Shown here piece by piece: positions 27,033 to 41,479 of a DNA stretch of 64,000 nt. The number at the start of each line of letters is the position of its first letter. Position 1 is the stretch's first letter. This stretch comes from Octopus sinensis (lineage: Eukaryota). The notes beneath the pieces were generated by a model. That model saw only the letters and a list, made by a program, of their open reading frames with translations, had not been told where the DNA came from and made no database searches. The DNA is taken from NCBI RefSeq assembly GCF_006345805.1, contig NC_043014.1, positions 19,468,001-19,532,000 of the forward strand, in the 5' to 3' direction. A program made the translations under genes and the position numbers.

Positions 27033-27185
27033 AGTTTGTGTGATGTTGAGAACTGTCTCATCATATCCACATGTCTGTATGTATGACTCTGTTTCCTCAT
27101 ATATGTGTATTTGTATGTGTGACGCTAATAACTGTTACATTATGTCTGTGTGTCTGTATGTTTGACGCTAAGAACTGTCTCTATG
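26680..27185 (+). repeat. Degenerate minisatellite: about 10 copies of GTGACGCYAAGAACTRT separated by variable microsatellite spacers
   Basis: Motif at about 26685, 26768, 26798, 26838, 26893, 26936, 26978, 27039, 27119 and 27163. Confidence 0.8.
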
Positions 27186-27675
27186 TATCTGTCCTCTCAA
27201 TATCTCCGAATGACTCTCTGTCTGTAACTCTGATTAAATCTATACGATTTTCTAGACCTTTGAAAGACTTTAATTGGTATCTTTATGTGTATGTACCTGC
27301 ACATCCTTCAATTTATCTGTATCTCTCTGTAAGGATATCTGTAAATATATGCATTTATGTATCTATCTGTACATCTTTATATCTATCCCTATGTCACTGA
27401 ACTATTCATTAATATTCCTTAGTTTCTAAAAGTCCATGTTTGTCTTGGTATACATATGTATATACCTGTATTTATCAATCTGTATATCTCCATACTCACC
27501 TTTGTGTCTTTCTATGCATCTATAATTTTCTCCGCTCATCCAATACGGGTTTATGCGTTTACATACGCATCCATATTTGTCAATGTGCTGCAATCTGTCA
27601 CTCTGTATGCATGTTTCTGTAAGCATCTGTGTGTTCCTGCGTAACACTTATGTGAGATTGTCATATATATATATA

Positions 27676-28085
27676 TCTTATTATAAAAGGCAGATTTTAT
27701 CTGCCTCCCTTTGGGAGTTATAGAAATCTACAATATAGGATTTCTTCAATTACAATTTACCTAGCATTTTTGAGAGTACAATGCATCGCGTCATGCCAGG
27801 TCCAGTTTTTAAAATTTAAACTCCAAGTAAGCAAAATTTACAGAAAACTCACATTCTGGTGTGTGTGTCAAATGCTTTTCTTAGTCTGGTTTACACCACA
27901 CGCAAACGCACACACACAGTGGGCAACGAATAAAATGAAAGTAAATAGCGACAGAGTGATTTGAGGAAGACTAAAGTGAAAGTATTCTGTCTATGACGCT
28001 GATAGATACATGAGTAAAATGTATGGGAAGCTAAGAGCTAAGAGTGAGTGAAATGTTTTGGAAGAGAGTAATTAGTAATAAAGTA
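27676..28085 (+). mobile_element. Possible Helitron-like element, 5' part
   Basis: A|TCTTATTATAAAA start followed by the hairpin GGCAGA-TTTTA-TCTGCC. No 3' CTAG end was found. Confidence 0.35.
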
Positions 28086-28449
28086 ACATACACTCATACA
28101 TACATACATACATACATACATACAATACATACATACATACATACATACCACACACACACATACACACACACATACATACACACACACATACATACATACA
28201 CACATACATACATACATACATATACATACATACATACATATACATACATACATACACACACACATACACACACACACAGTATTGAAGCTTGAGAACAATC
28301 AGATACATTTGCAACACATCTGTTGAAAATATTATTGTTCACACACATACATATACATATATACATACAGACAGACAGACAGATAGACACACACACACAC
28401 ACACACACACATGATCCAGCATGGCCACAACCTCAAGGCTGAAACATAT

Positions 28450-28830
28450 AAAAGAATAACAGAATATAAATGTGTGCAAAGTACAAGAAATATTAATGCA
28501 GTATATGGGGATTGGACAATAAGCGTAAGCAGTGTCAATGGTGGTTCCAGAAATCCCGAGCCATAAACTACAGCCTAGAAGACGAGCCTCATCCTGAAAG
28601 ATCTGTAGAACTCGACAAGGACATCCTGAAAACCCTGGTGGAACAAAATCTCATCGTAACTGTTGAGGAACTAGCAGAGAAGCTTGGATTTGGTCATTCA
28701 ACCATTCATTGACACCTGTGTGCTATCGGAAAAGTCAGCAAATTGGGTCAATGGGTTCCTCACGAACTTTCCGAGTCTAATTGCATGCAGAGAGTGAATG
28801 TATGCTTTTCTTTGCTGTCATATCTCACCA
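28450..28830 (+). pseudogene. Mariner transposase N-terminal fragment
   Basis: STRNINAVYG..QCQWWFQK..YSLEDEP..TVEELAEKLGFGHSTIH*HL..IGKVSKLGQWVPHEL (WVPHEL at 28752-69), with a frameshift and an internal stop. Confidence 0.92.
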
Positions 28831-28860
28831 CTACTGCGCTATGTATATATATATATATAT

Positions 28861-29485
28861 AAAACTGTAGTTGTGTGAGTGTCTGTCCCCTTCGATTTAG
28901 ATTCCTAACTACTCCCACATTTTGCGGTACAGTTTAACCAAATTCGGGTAGCTTATAGTCGTGATTCATACCGAGCCCGTCTGAATATTAGCGCGCGTCT
29001 ACGATGAGTCTACGATTTAAAAAATTTAATTAACATCATTTTTTATTCCATTTTTAATGCATAATTTTTCGTGTGTCGATGGCGGCGGAGTTGGCGTCCA
29101 CGCTCACACCTGCACCTGTGGGGAAGGGAGTGTAAGGAAATCAACGTCGTAATGCGTTGTCAAGGAGACCAGTGTTCTTTTAGAACAACGACTTCATGGC
29201 TTGAAGACACCAAAACAGAAATGGCTAAGAAAGCGTCTACATGAGTCTACGATTTAAAAAAAAATTACCATCGTTTTTTTTCCATTTTAATTCATTTTTT
29301 CGCTATTATATAAGGGAAGTAACTCTCTAAAAATGTCTACGATGAGTCAACGATTTAAAAAAAAATTACCATCATATTTTTTCCATTTTTAATGCATTTT
29401 TTGCTATTTTTTTGCTATAACTCTCTAAAAATGCTTATATAGTTATTTCCCTTACAAACCCGAGCAACGCCGGGCGATACTGCTA

Positions 29486-29486
<1 letters not shown>
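28861..29486 (+). mobile_element. Non-autonomous Helitron
   Basis: 3' hairpin CCCG-A-GC-AAC-GC-CGGG (29459-74), then CTAG (29483-86) and T. Three internal copies of ctacgatttaaaaaa..ccatc..tttttccattt. Confidence 0.75.
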
Positions 29487-29527
<41 letters not shown>

Positions 29528-31983
29528 CAAGTATTTATATGTATGTATGTCTCCAAAGTATTTATCTACGAAGTATCTTCTTGCTGGCATTTGTGTGTCT
29601 TTGCTACCAGGTTCATGTCTGTGTATTACTCAGTGTTTGTTTTTCTCTGTATAGTTCTGTATATTACAGTCATTTTTTTCATGTCAATACAAATCTATGT
29701 ATTTCAATGCTTCGCTCTAAATGTTTCTGCGTGTATTTCTTTTACCTGTCTACACATGTATCATTGTCTGTTTACCTATATTTGCCTGATGTTTCCAGTA
29801 CAATTGTAAGTATTTGCTTCGACTCTGTATATGTCTGTGTGTCTCTCTCTCTGTCTAGGTATTTAGCTGGGGTTTTTTTTGTTCGTCTTTGTATCATATT
29901 ACGTACATTTATGAAACTTAGTTGATTTCATTTTAGTACAAACTTTTAACCAGAACAGGATTTGAAATTAGAGAAGTGAGAACGGCCGAAACTCTATAAA
30001 CATACAGTACTGAAGCTGATTTTAGATGGGACTTACACCATAACCTCTGAAATTCCTTTTTTACAAGCTAGTGGGCTGAAAATTCGAGAAGTAAATATAT
30101 CAGTTATATAAACACTATAAAATTGTGCACATGATTCCAATAGCCAGATGAAGGTTGATAATAAATCCCCGTGTCTATGCCAGGGCTACTATAGCAGCTA
30201 AATTGTTCTGGAGGCACCCTACCGCCCTTTAAGAAAATAAAAAAACGAAGACACACAACATCTGAACGGAAACAAGAACCAAGATGAGAACCAGTGGTTA
30301 GCTAGATTTAAGTTAGATCCCAACGACAAACTACTGACAGGTCGTAATAGTGTAGGGGTTCCACATAAACCTATGATCACTAACTTCTTTTTGCAGAACA
30401 GTGCATCAGTTACTACACAGTTTGACGTATCCTTTGCCTTCTTCAAGATAATAAATGGTGATTTAAACGGTATATTTGGCTGCTATTTCTTGCATGTCGA
30501 CTCATCTCTTGTCAGTAGCCTCTCATGAATATTTCAGGATATACTTTCAGTGGCTGGTGAGATAAGAAGAAACATTAAAGCCATAACGCTTATAAAATCA
30601 CATGTCACGTTTATTAATATTCTTGATTTATGAGAGTTGTAACAGTATTTGTGTAACAGATGTTGCTTTGTTGTCCATGAAATGATAAACAAACGAAAGA
30701 GGGACATGTTTGAAGAAGAGCTAACATTTTAATTTCAAAAAGTTATTAAATAGCTGTTCAGAAACAAGATGGCTGGAGCATTTCAATAAAGAAATGGAGA
30801 TTGAATGTTAAGAGATAACAACGATTTTCTATTTGATAATATTTGTAAAGAAACACGGACATGTTGAAATAACAAATATCAAAACAGAAAATATGAAATA
30901 TTCCAAAATAATTTTCAGAAAAATAATGCTATATTCGTTAGACATATTGGATATTGAAATGTCATAAACACGTTGATAATAAACTTTGCAACAAAAACAG
31001 TACAATATAAAATTTAAAATAATATAAAATAGCATTTGTTTAAAGCTTAATTAATATAACAAGTGTAAACGGGTAAAAGTAAAGTTCTTAAACAGAACCG
31101 TATTAAAAGAATGTCTTAAAACTGAGTTAGCATATTTCGTAGATAATTTCTGGCAGAAATGATAACGAGAGAGCTAGGGATATTATTTTACCATTAAAAA
31201 CGATCTCAGATTCCTTATTTTGATGATTTGTAGTAGTAATTATTAATATTGAAAGACAAATATTCTAAAATACAGATAAGCACAAAGATGCCAAATTGAA
31301 TTTAGGATAAAAATAGCTTTTTAGAATCGTTAACTTTAATGAATATTTGTTCTTGTATCGAAGACATTTCTACGTTGTTTCTGAACAACACCAATATCAT
31401 ATATGTGGCAGCTATTAGGAGATGTAATAAAAACGTAAACAAATATACATTTGGGGAATGTCAGTCTAAGTGCAAAACAGAGACTGATAATTGGTTTTGA
31501 GAGACATGAATACTTGAGAGTATTGGCTATGAGGGACACTTAACATGTATATATATTTATGAGTGGGTATGATAGATATTTATTAAAAAATGGGTACGTA
31601 TATGACATAAAACAATCTAAATTCGATGGTGTTGTTGTGAGAAGTCGTGTGATTGGCACCAGAATGAAGGCATAGCAGTTATTTTAAGATTCGTTTCTGC
31701 ATAGGGTATTTGTCGTGCGAAGAGATTGTACTTTATGATCCCATGCTATTGAATTAAAAGTTCTATGCTTGGGATGCGGGCTGTAACTACCAGCGCAACA
31801 TATTAACAAATGTATAACAATGAGAGGCAGGGCATGGCTTGCGTGTTTCCTACAAATATTTTTTTACTATAATTACTTAAATACTAGTATCGTTACAATC
31901 TTAATTTGTTTTATATTTTCATATCCTGTTTTCTTTCTATTTCAATTTAAAGATTCTTGTCATTTGACTGATTTTCCACCTTA

Positions 31984-32357
31984 TTTTTCTGATAACGTTT
32001 TCGTTCAAAAAAACGAATATAATCACTCCATTATTTGTTTATATCTTGACGGTTTACCTTGAGATTATTAAGGCATATACTATATAATTGTGGACAAATC
32101 GTTGTCATGATCTATTATTATTATTATTTCAATATTATTATTGTTATTGATGAATCTGTGGCTCTTTTCTGATATTTTTCTGATAACGTTTTCGTTCAAA
32201 AAAACGAATATAATCACTCCATTATTTGTTTATATCTTGACGGTTTACCTTGAGATTATTAAGGCATATACTATATAATTGTGGACAAATCGTTGTCATG
32301 ATCTATTATTATTATTATTTCAATATTATTATTGTTATTGATGAATTTGTGGCTCTT
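31984..32357. repeat. 191-bp tandem duplication
   Basis: gataacgttttcgttcaaaaaaacg at 31991 and 32182. Confidence 0.92.
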
Positions 32358-32794
32358 GTAGTAGTAGTAGTAGTAGTGGTTGTGGTGGTAGTAGTGGTAG
32401 CAGCAGTAGCAACAACAGCAGCAGTACATTTATTTCACGCTTTGATATCCAATCCTTTGGAATGAATAATTGAATAAATAAATAAATATTTAAATATGTA
32501 AATAAGGACATAGATACATAAACACTGGCCCACCAACTATTAAAGTTTCAGAAGCGTGTTCATTGATTGTAGACCATACGCGGAATTGCGTGTCACTTTT
32601 CGTGACACTGTAACACATCAATCAAAATAAGTTGGACTTCAGATCGTAAGACCGAAATGAAAAACATTCTCCCGAGACTGAAATCCTGTCGCTGTAGTCT
32701 CTTCTCCCGGAATTTTTCCTTTCCACTACTCCATTCTGCTATGATAGAGATCTACAAGTCTGCGCGTGCAAACAAGTATGTATCTCTGTGAGTG

Positions 32795-32964
<170 letters not shown>

Positions 32965-34073
32965 TACATGTATATGTATATGTATATATATATATATTAT
33001 ATATTATATTTTATTTTATTTTATTTAATCTAGTTTCAGCTCACGAGATGAAACTAGATATATATATATATTATATATAATATATTATATTTATATATAT
33101 ATATAGATATATAATATAATATATATATATATGTATGTACGTATATGTATATATATATGTGTGAGTGCACATATATGTATGCATACGTATATATAATATA
33201 TTATATTTATATATATAGAGATATATAATATAATATATATATATGTAAGTACGTATATGTATATATATGTGTGAGTGCACATATATGTATGCATACGTAT
33301 ATATAATATATATGTGTATGTTTGTGTTACTATGTATGGATGTATATATACATACACACACATACAAACATATATACAGGCGTACATACATACATACATA
33401 CATACATATGCATACACAGAGAAAAAGAGAGAGAGAGAGAGAGGAGAGACGGACTGACAGATAAATATGGTGTTCGTATATTTAGTTTTATTTCTGTTTG
33501 AACCAGTGCCATCTTTAATATTTAGCTTTCACTTCGACGTCGTATTCGTTATCGTCACCACCACCACCATAATCGCCAGCGCTACTCCGAAACTACAATC
33601 TTGGTCAATACATATAAAATATAATAACAGTCCGTAAAAAAGGTTGCAGCGTGAAATAGATGAACACATTATATAATGACGACCTGATCCACAAATGAAT
33701 GTTATGGTCATATCTGAAACGCCTTGAACACACGGGTGCTTGGTCATTGCTCACTTGGTAAACACCAGCAACGATAAAATCATAGTTTTCTCAAATCATA
33801 GTTACGTCAATATTCCTGTCGCAATTATAACCACAAAAGTATTACGTATACAGTGTTGCTACAAGCATTACTGCACACAGCAGTACAAACACCACCAGAA
33901 CCCACCAGCTTCACACCCGCCTCTCCCTTCCCATCAAACCACCAACGACAAACACATCAGTGAACCTATAACTACAAAATACAACAACCCTGTGTATGAA
34001 TGTAAGTGTGAAAAATATTTATCATTCGTATGTATAGACAAACACACACACGCACACGCACATACACGCCCAT

Positions 34074-34121
<48 letters not shown>

Positions 34122-34393
34122 GGTAATATTTAATAGGCAGACGTTGTGGCTTCGTACAATGTCACTTATCAAAAGAAGATTTACTCTATAGATTGTTGAA
34201 TCAGTCGGTCACGCCTACCGATTAAATATCAAAACATATATATATATATATATATATATACATACACTCATGTTTTATGTTCCACTTTGTTGTATCTGTT
34301 ACCAAACCTACACACTCACCCATACATATATCTGTATATATATACATAAATTGCACACACACACAGACTCACAGTCGCGCAAACACACACACA

Positions 34394-34432
<39 letters not shown>

Positions 34433-35392
34433 TCACACACACACACCATGATATCAGTTTTATCTGAAAGTAAAGATATGTGTAAATCCAGTAAGTCCAC
34501 TTTCACATACTTTACTGACTGCATTGCAACAGGTGACTGACAGCCGCACTTAGTAACTCTTCTTTGAATGACGTTCATGCAACAGATGTCAACACAAGTT
34601 TTTATTGCGCACCGCTATAGCCATTGGCTACACAAGAAAATATTGTTGATGTTGACGCACGCATATCTCAGTAATTGTAGGAAGTTTGTTTTTTATTTAC
34701 AAGATTCGCGGTTCGATATACGTTTTACTTTCAGCAACTCTATTTCCTCCAAATTATTATCATTATTACTATTGAAGACGTTGCATAGTATCCAGTATTG
34801 TGATGTTGTTGATTGAATATATTGTGCGTGCTGGGGATTTGTGCTATTTGTCAATCCACAACGACATCAATCAGACAGTACCTCACGCAGTATGAGTGCA
34901 GATCCAAATAAAGTATCCACTTGGGTTTTAGGGTTGGGTGGTATTGAACCCAGTGCTCCGATGACAGCAGGAACGAGCAACCTTATGTTTGACTCACGCA
35001 GCTGTCACATCTTGGCTCTCTGGATTTTCAGGCCATCATATTTGTAGATCTTTTCCCTTTCATTCATGACGATATGTTGGCAGTGGTGAGAGTAGTGGAA
35101 GGAGGTGAAGGAAAGTCATGTGTCAAACAGAAAGTTTCAACGCTAAGAAAAATTTCATTTCAATTTATTCTTCTATTCCTTACTTTATATTGTACTTTAT
35201 CAGTTTCACACACACACATATGTATATATTGTCGGTGTCATTATGCCTTATAGACTTCCGAGGAACGTAGAATAATTTTTGTCTGGAATTGATTCTCGAA
35301 GTACACAGAGCTATAACTGATAACATGTAAATATTGGATTGAAGCTTTCCAATTTTCTTTTACACACGCACACACACACACACACACACACA

Positions 35393-35437
<45 letters not shown>

Positions 35438-36717
35438 CAGTTATAAATAACGAGAGAAATATAATATGATAAGATTTATTTAACCATTGAAATAACGAGA
35501 ATATATATAGGAATGCAGGCCCTGTTCTGCAACTCGAAGTAATGGACTTATCAAAACCACCTTTGACCATGTACGTGCTTGGTCATTTACTCACCTAGCG
35601 ATAAACATAGTTTCAATGTTTTATTAGAAGAACTACGAGAAGCGCTGTATTCTCTTTGCAACTCTAACCCTAAAACTAGGCATACAACATTGCCACTGAC
35701 AATTCTACAGCTGTGACACAATTACAATAGTACCCGCCACCAGAACAACAACAGTAGCAGCGACAACATCAGTTGCAGAATTATTGTGAGACCGCTCATG
35801 TTTCTGTTGTTGGTATTCCTATATTTTAATATATAGTTTTCGCCATCTTTTCATAGTCGACATCTGAAATATACCGTCCAGTCAAAATACTAATAGGCAG
35901 ACACAGTCGACAGTTCAAACATGCTAACAATAACCGACATATAATATCCTATGCTTTCACATAAAGTATATTTAGAATCGCCAACGAAAACACGAAACGA
36001 ATAAAGACACACTACACACAAGTATTAATTTCTCTATTTAGTTCATTCATTCATTGTCTCTTATTCTGCATTTCTTTTCAAATGATTTTGCTCTTGCATT
36101 CATAAATTTCCCCACTGCACATACTGGAAATCTAGAACATAGCAGTGTCACACATTTATCCATCAACGGCTAAGTTTATACCTTTTTATTTCCTAGAGGA
36201 TGTAAAAGCCGACCAAAATGCAACAAAATGAAAAGATGTTAACAAAGAACATGGCATTAAAGAAAAACAACAGTAAATAAAAAATATATACAAAATATAT
36301 GGAAAAGAAGCAAGTTGCTTGGTTCACATTGAATAGATCTTCAACTATAAGTATGCGTGCGCCTGTGTGCGTTTGCAAGGGAATGATTACAGTTAATAAG
36401 AGATACTTCTACTTCATTTAAATTTGGTTGCTGTGTACACACACACTCGCTTTATTTATATGTGTGCCGGTTTGTATTTATATGAATGATTTTACTTACA
36501 ATATATGGACCACTGCCATATTGAGGCCTTGCCGTCAAGATTTCTGACTATCATACAAACCAAGTACATATTTCATTCTGACAACTCTTTATAAGTTTCT
36601 GTTTGCAAAACTGGTAAGTTAGGTAATATAGGTAACAAAACGCTTGTATACACACACACATACACCACCTAACATGCACATATAGAGAGAATTAGATAGA
36701 TTAACAGTTAGAAATGA

Positions 36718-36753
<36 letters not shown>

Positions 36754-36761
<8 letters not shown>

Positions 36762-37126
36762 AGTGAATTGAAGAAATGGAGTTGAACGAAGATTGAACAG
36801 AAATCGTTTTATTGCATTCTACACGTGTTTTGAAAGCCACAATTTACCAAATTCCGATTGAATTTGGTAAATTGTGAATTTGGTAAATTGTGGCTTTCGA
36901 AAAACGTGTAGAATGCAACAAAACGATTTCTGTTCAATCTTCGTTCAACTCCATTTCTTCAATTCACTAATAATATTAAAATTCAATTATCCGCACCAAC
37001 GCACGGTTGCAACACCATATGTTTGTACCTCCAACCGTGCTGTCTTCTGCTGTGATTTTTGCTACCAAGGTATCGGTTAAACTTTTGATTAATCTGCAAC
37101 AAGATTATTCATCTTTCTATTTCACA

Positions 37127-37128
<2 letters not shown>
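36754..37128. repeat. Fold-back element with about 101-bp inverted arms and a tail, between (TA)n tracts
   Basis: 36754-36854 is the reverse complement of 36876-36976 with few mismatches. The loop contains a duplicated gaatttggtaaattgt. Confidence 0.9.
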
Positions 37129-37163
<35 letters not shown>

Positions 37164-37176
37164 TACATATATACAT

Positions 37177-37217
<41 letters not shown>

Positions 37218-37404
37218 CACTAAATATGTGGGAAATTTTGTCATGGATGTGTTTGTGGAGTTGTTAGCTACCTTCTCCTACATCATTTTATCGATTTTGA
37301 TGAATCTTGACACGTCACTATACCTCATGCATGGAAACGTCATGGTATACACAGATTGTTGAAAAAATTCGATAATAGGCCCCTGGAAGGGATCCTTATA
37401 TATA

Positions 37405-38084
37405 TCTAATATATTTCACTTTAACAACCAAGGCAAATAACCCATTCTCCCATATTTTAATCGCCTAAGGAAATAGCCCATTCATTTTCTTAAATCATTT
37501 CGTATAAAGCAAATTGAGTATGCTTATTTCTAAGTATTTGAACTGAGTTATTTTCGCAATTTATCCAGTAAACAATAGACCTACTAATGTCGATTAGAGA
37601 CTTATTCCCAAATATACCAAAACTTGCACCCCTGGATGTAATATTCTCTGGGAATGCACAAAAGCCCTTTTCAGAATTATTTACTTTCAATTGTTATTAT
37701 CACATATCCGATTAGCCTGTTATTGCGTAACATGTTTCACGATTTTAGTATACATAACTTATTAGTATTTCCTCCTATGTTCTATATACTCTGGGAACGC
37801 ATTAAAGCCCTTTTCGGGAATACTTTATTTGAATTCTTACTATCGGGTAACTAATTACATGTTATTACATAAATTACTTCACAATTTGGGTATCCATAAC
37901 TCATTGGGAATTCCTAAAAACAAGATCCTGCGTAAGACAGTTCGGGATTCTCTGTAAATGCACAAAAACTGTTTTAAGGGTTTCGTTACTGTATATTGCT
38001 GTTATTGGATTAGCGAAACAATTATCAGAACGGAACCAAGGAGTAATCCCCGCCTTCCCGGGAATTACTTGGTACGTCAGCTAG
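37405..38084 (+). mobile_element. Non-autonomous Helitron
   Basis: A|TCTAATATAT 5' end; 3' hairpin GTAATCCCCG-CCTTCC-CGGGAATTAC (38043-68) then CTAG (38081-84); internal repeats of gggaaygca..aaagcccttttc. Confidence 0.6.
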
Positions 38085-38085
38085 C

Positions 38086-39055
<970 letters not shown>

Positions 39056-39412
39056 GTGAGAGTCTCCTTATTTACCTAAAACTCTATTTTTCTATTTATT
39101 TTTTTCTATTTATTCTTTTATTCTTTTATTTATTCTTTTATCTACTTTACCACCGACTCCTTTGACCACTCTCCCTAATAATGATAGTTTTGTGCCATGC
39201 CTACCCCCAAAAAAGTCCCCCACCACCACCCCTTTAAACCTGCCTAAATGTATAAATGCCAAAACAACTCTTGTCAACTAGCTTCCTGATGATTTCTTTT
39301 GAATGAAACAGTTGTAGTCCTGTAGAAGCTCCTTCTATATAATAAATTAATTTACTCTGCTACGTATTGAGTACCTTATTTACTGTGGTTAACCCCGACT
39401 CAACGCGGGACC
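39056..39412 (+). mobile_element. Probable PLE pLTR fragment with a degenerate HHR
   Basis: CTGATGA(39286-92)-TTTC-TTTT-GAAT-GAAA-C-AGTT-G-TA, followed by AATAAA and (TA)n. Confidence 0.45.
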
Positions 39413-39431
39413 TACATATATATATATATAT

Positions 39432-39463
<32 letters not shown>

Positions 39464-39973
39464 GTATGTATATATAGTCATATGTTTATGCTTTCTTACT
39501 CCATTCATCGCTCATTCTAATAAGGCCAATTGCCGTCGTTTACTACGCTAGCAATGCTTGATATAAACATCATCTTCCCATTCCTTATCATTCTACATTT
39601 CCAGCTGTCACACACTCTCTCTTTGTCATTTGACAACTCCCGTAGAAACTTTATATTGTGACAGAAAATTCACCTACAAAATATATGTATATATCAGTAT
39701 GTATGTGCATGTGTATGTATACTTGTGTATGTGCGCATCTGAGTGTAGATCTGTATGCGGCAATAACTTTCTAGACCTAAATACCATAGCACAAATACAA
39801 AATTTACCCATAAGTTATAAGCTGTTTCTATAATATGTCACTGAAACAGACACACAGATCCAATTTATGATATGTTCAGACATTTGCAAAGGAGCAACCA
39901 ACCATGTACAATAGATTACAGCAAGCAGTAATATATACATGTACTTGTGAATATATGAGTCGTAATAGTGTGT

Positions 39974-40025
<52 letters not shown>

Positions 40026-40084
40026 CACACACACACACACACCAACACGCACGCAAACATACACAAATATACATACACACACAC

Positions 40085-40182
40085 ATGAGAAGGCGCGTGA
40101 CTCGGTTATTACAGCGTTGGGCTCCCAATCCTGAGCTCGATGCCCCAACCGGGCTGTGTGTTGTGTTTTTGAGTAAGACACA
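40085..40182 (+). mobile_element. SINE family E head, diverged
   Basis: aggcgcgtgactcggttatt..gagctcgatgccc..ccgggctgtgtgttgtgtttttgagtaagacac: a tRNA-like head plus a CORE-like segment. Confidence 0.55.
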
Positions 40183-40183
40183 A

Positions 40184-40300
40184 TGAAAGGATGAAAGGCA
40201 AAGTCGACCTCGGCGGCATTTGAACTCAGAACGTAGCGGCAGACGAAATACAGCTAAGCATTTTACCCGGCGTGCTAAAATTTCTGTGAGTTCACCACAA
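40184..40300 (-). mobile_element. SINE family B
   Basis: Reverse complement match to 20630-20760. Confidence 0.8.
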
Positions 40301-40347
40301 TAATAACAATAATATTAATAATAATAATAATAATAATAACAATAATA

Positions 40348-40404
<57 letters not shown>

Positions 40405-40408
40405 TAAG

Positions 40409-40441
<33 letters not shown>

Positions 40442-40447
40442 TAATAA

Positions 40448-40968
40448 GGCTTCTGATCTTAACTGATTGGAAGTGTTATCATGTACATTGTTTTGTCTTG
40501 GTATAAAAGATGGGCTACAGCAAATATTCTGCTCAATACCACAGATTTGCTTGTCAGTTGTTTGACCTTAACCAGTTGAGCATGTCCCTTAGTGGCTGAC
40601 GATATGTGCATCTCTGATCACGAGCAGAAGTAGTGGGGAGCATCATAGCCATGTGTTGAGAGGGATTCTTGGGGGTTTGAATAATTCACCTCTGGAAACA
40701 TGGGTGGTTCTTTCAACATTCTTAAACAACCCTTATTCAGGGACCGCTTGAGCGGGATGGGCTACTCAACCTGAAGAAAATTCTAACTGGGCCCCACCTG
40801 CAAGGTCATGTGCTGTTTATCTTGATATGAGATCACCATGTCGCGCACATATGGTTGTGATGCATGTGCCTGGTGTACCCTTATCAGACGGGTAGTCATG
40901 ATGGGTATATTGGGCTTCGTATATTTTACCCCAGTGTCACTTTGATGGCATGCACTGCTATCTCACTC

Positions 40969-41026
<58 letters not shown>
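40448..41026 (+). mobile_element. 5'-truncated retroposon 3' region with (AAT)n on both sides
   Basis: About 520 bp homologous to 48826-49380, ending ctcactc(AAT)n. Confidence 0.75.
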
Positions 41027-41027
<1 letters not shown>

Positions 41028-41379
41028 GAGTGAGAATCGTTTCAAATTTTGGCGAAAAGTCAGCAATTTTGAGCGAAGCTGTAGTCGCTTGCATTCAGTC
41101 CATCGCTAGATTGCCTGGAGTATTTGTCATAGTAATTGTGGTTTACATTAAATAGGAATTCAACTGATTTACTGAAAGCAATTTCCCTTTTAAGTAGATA
41201 ATATTAAAATAAATGAGAGAAGCAACACTAGCAAGTTGCCAAATGTAAAATGAGCAAAACCACAGCAAGATCAACGACAGCAGTGAGAATAATAACAAAA
41301 ACAATAATAATGATAATACAGAACAAAAAAAATTAAAGTTTATTGTGTTTATGGTGGGGGGGTAACGAAGATGTTGATG

Positions 41380-41416
41380 AATAACGATGATGATGATGGT
41401 GATGATGATGATGATA

Positions 41417-41475
<59 letters not shown>
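41380..41475. repeat. (GAT)n microsatellite
   Basis: Tandem GAT. Confidence 0.95.

Positions 41476-41479
<4 letters not shown>

Noticed and set aside
26680-27185. CRISPR array
   Set aside because: The context is eukaryotic, the repeats are degenerate, the spacers are related microsatellites and there are no cas genes.
30400-30810. Possible micro-exons (ttttgcag|..|gtatcc) and an ETRWL hAT-like motif
   Set aside because: These are short chance-level matches with no supporting frame or neighbouring exons.
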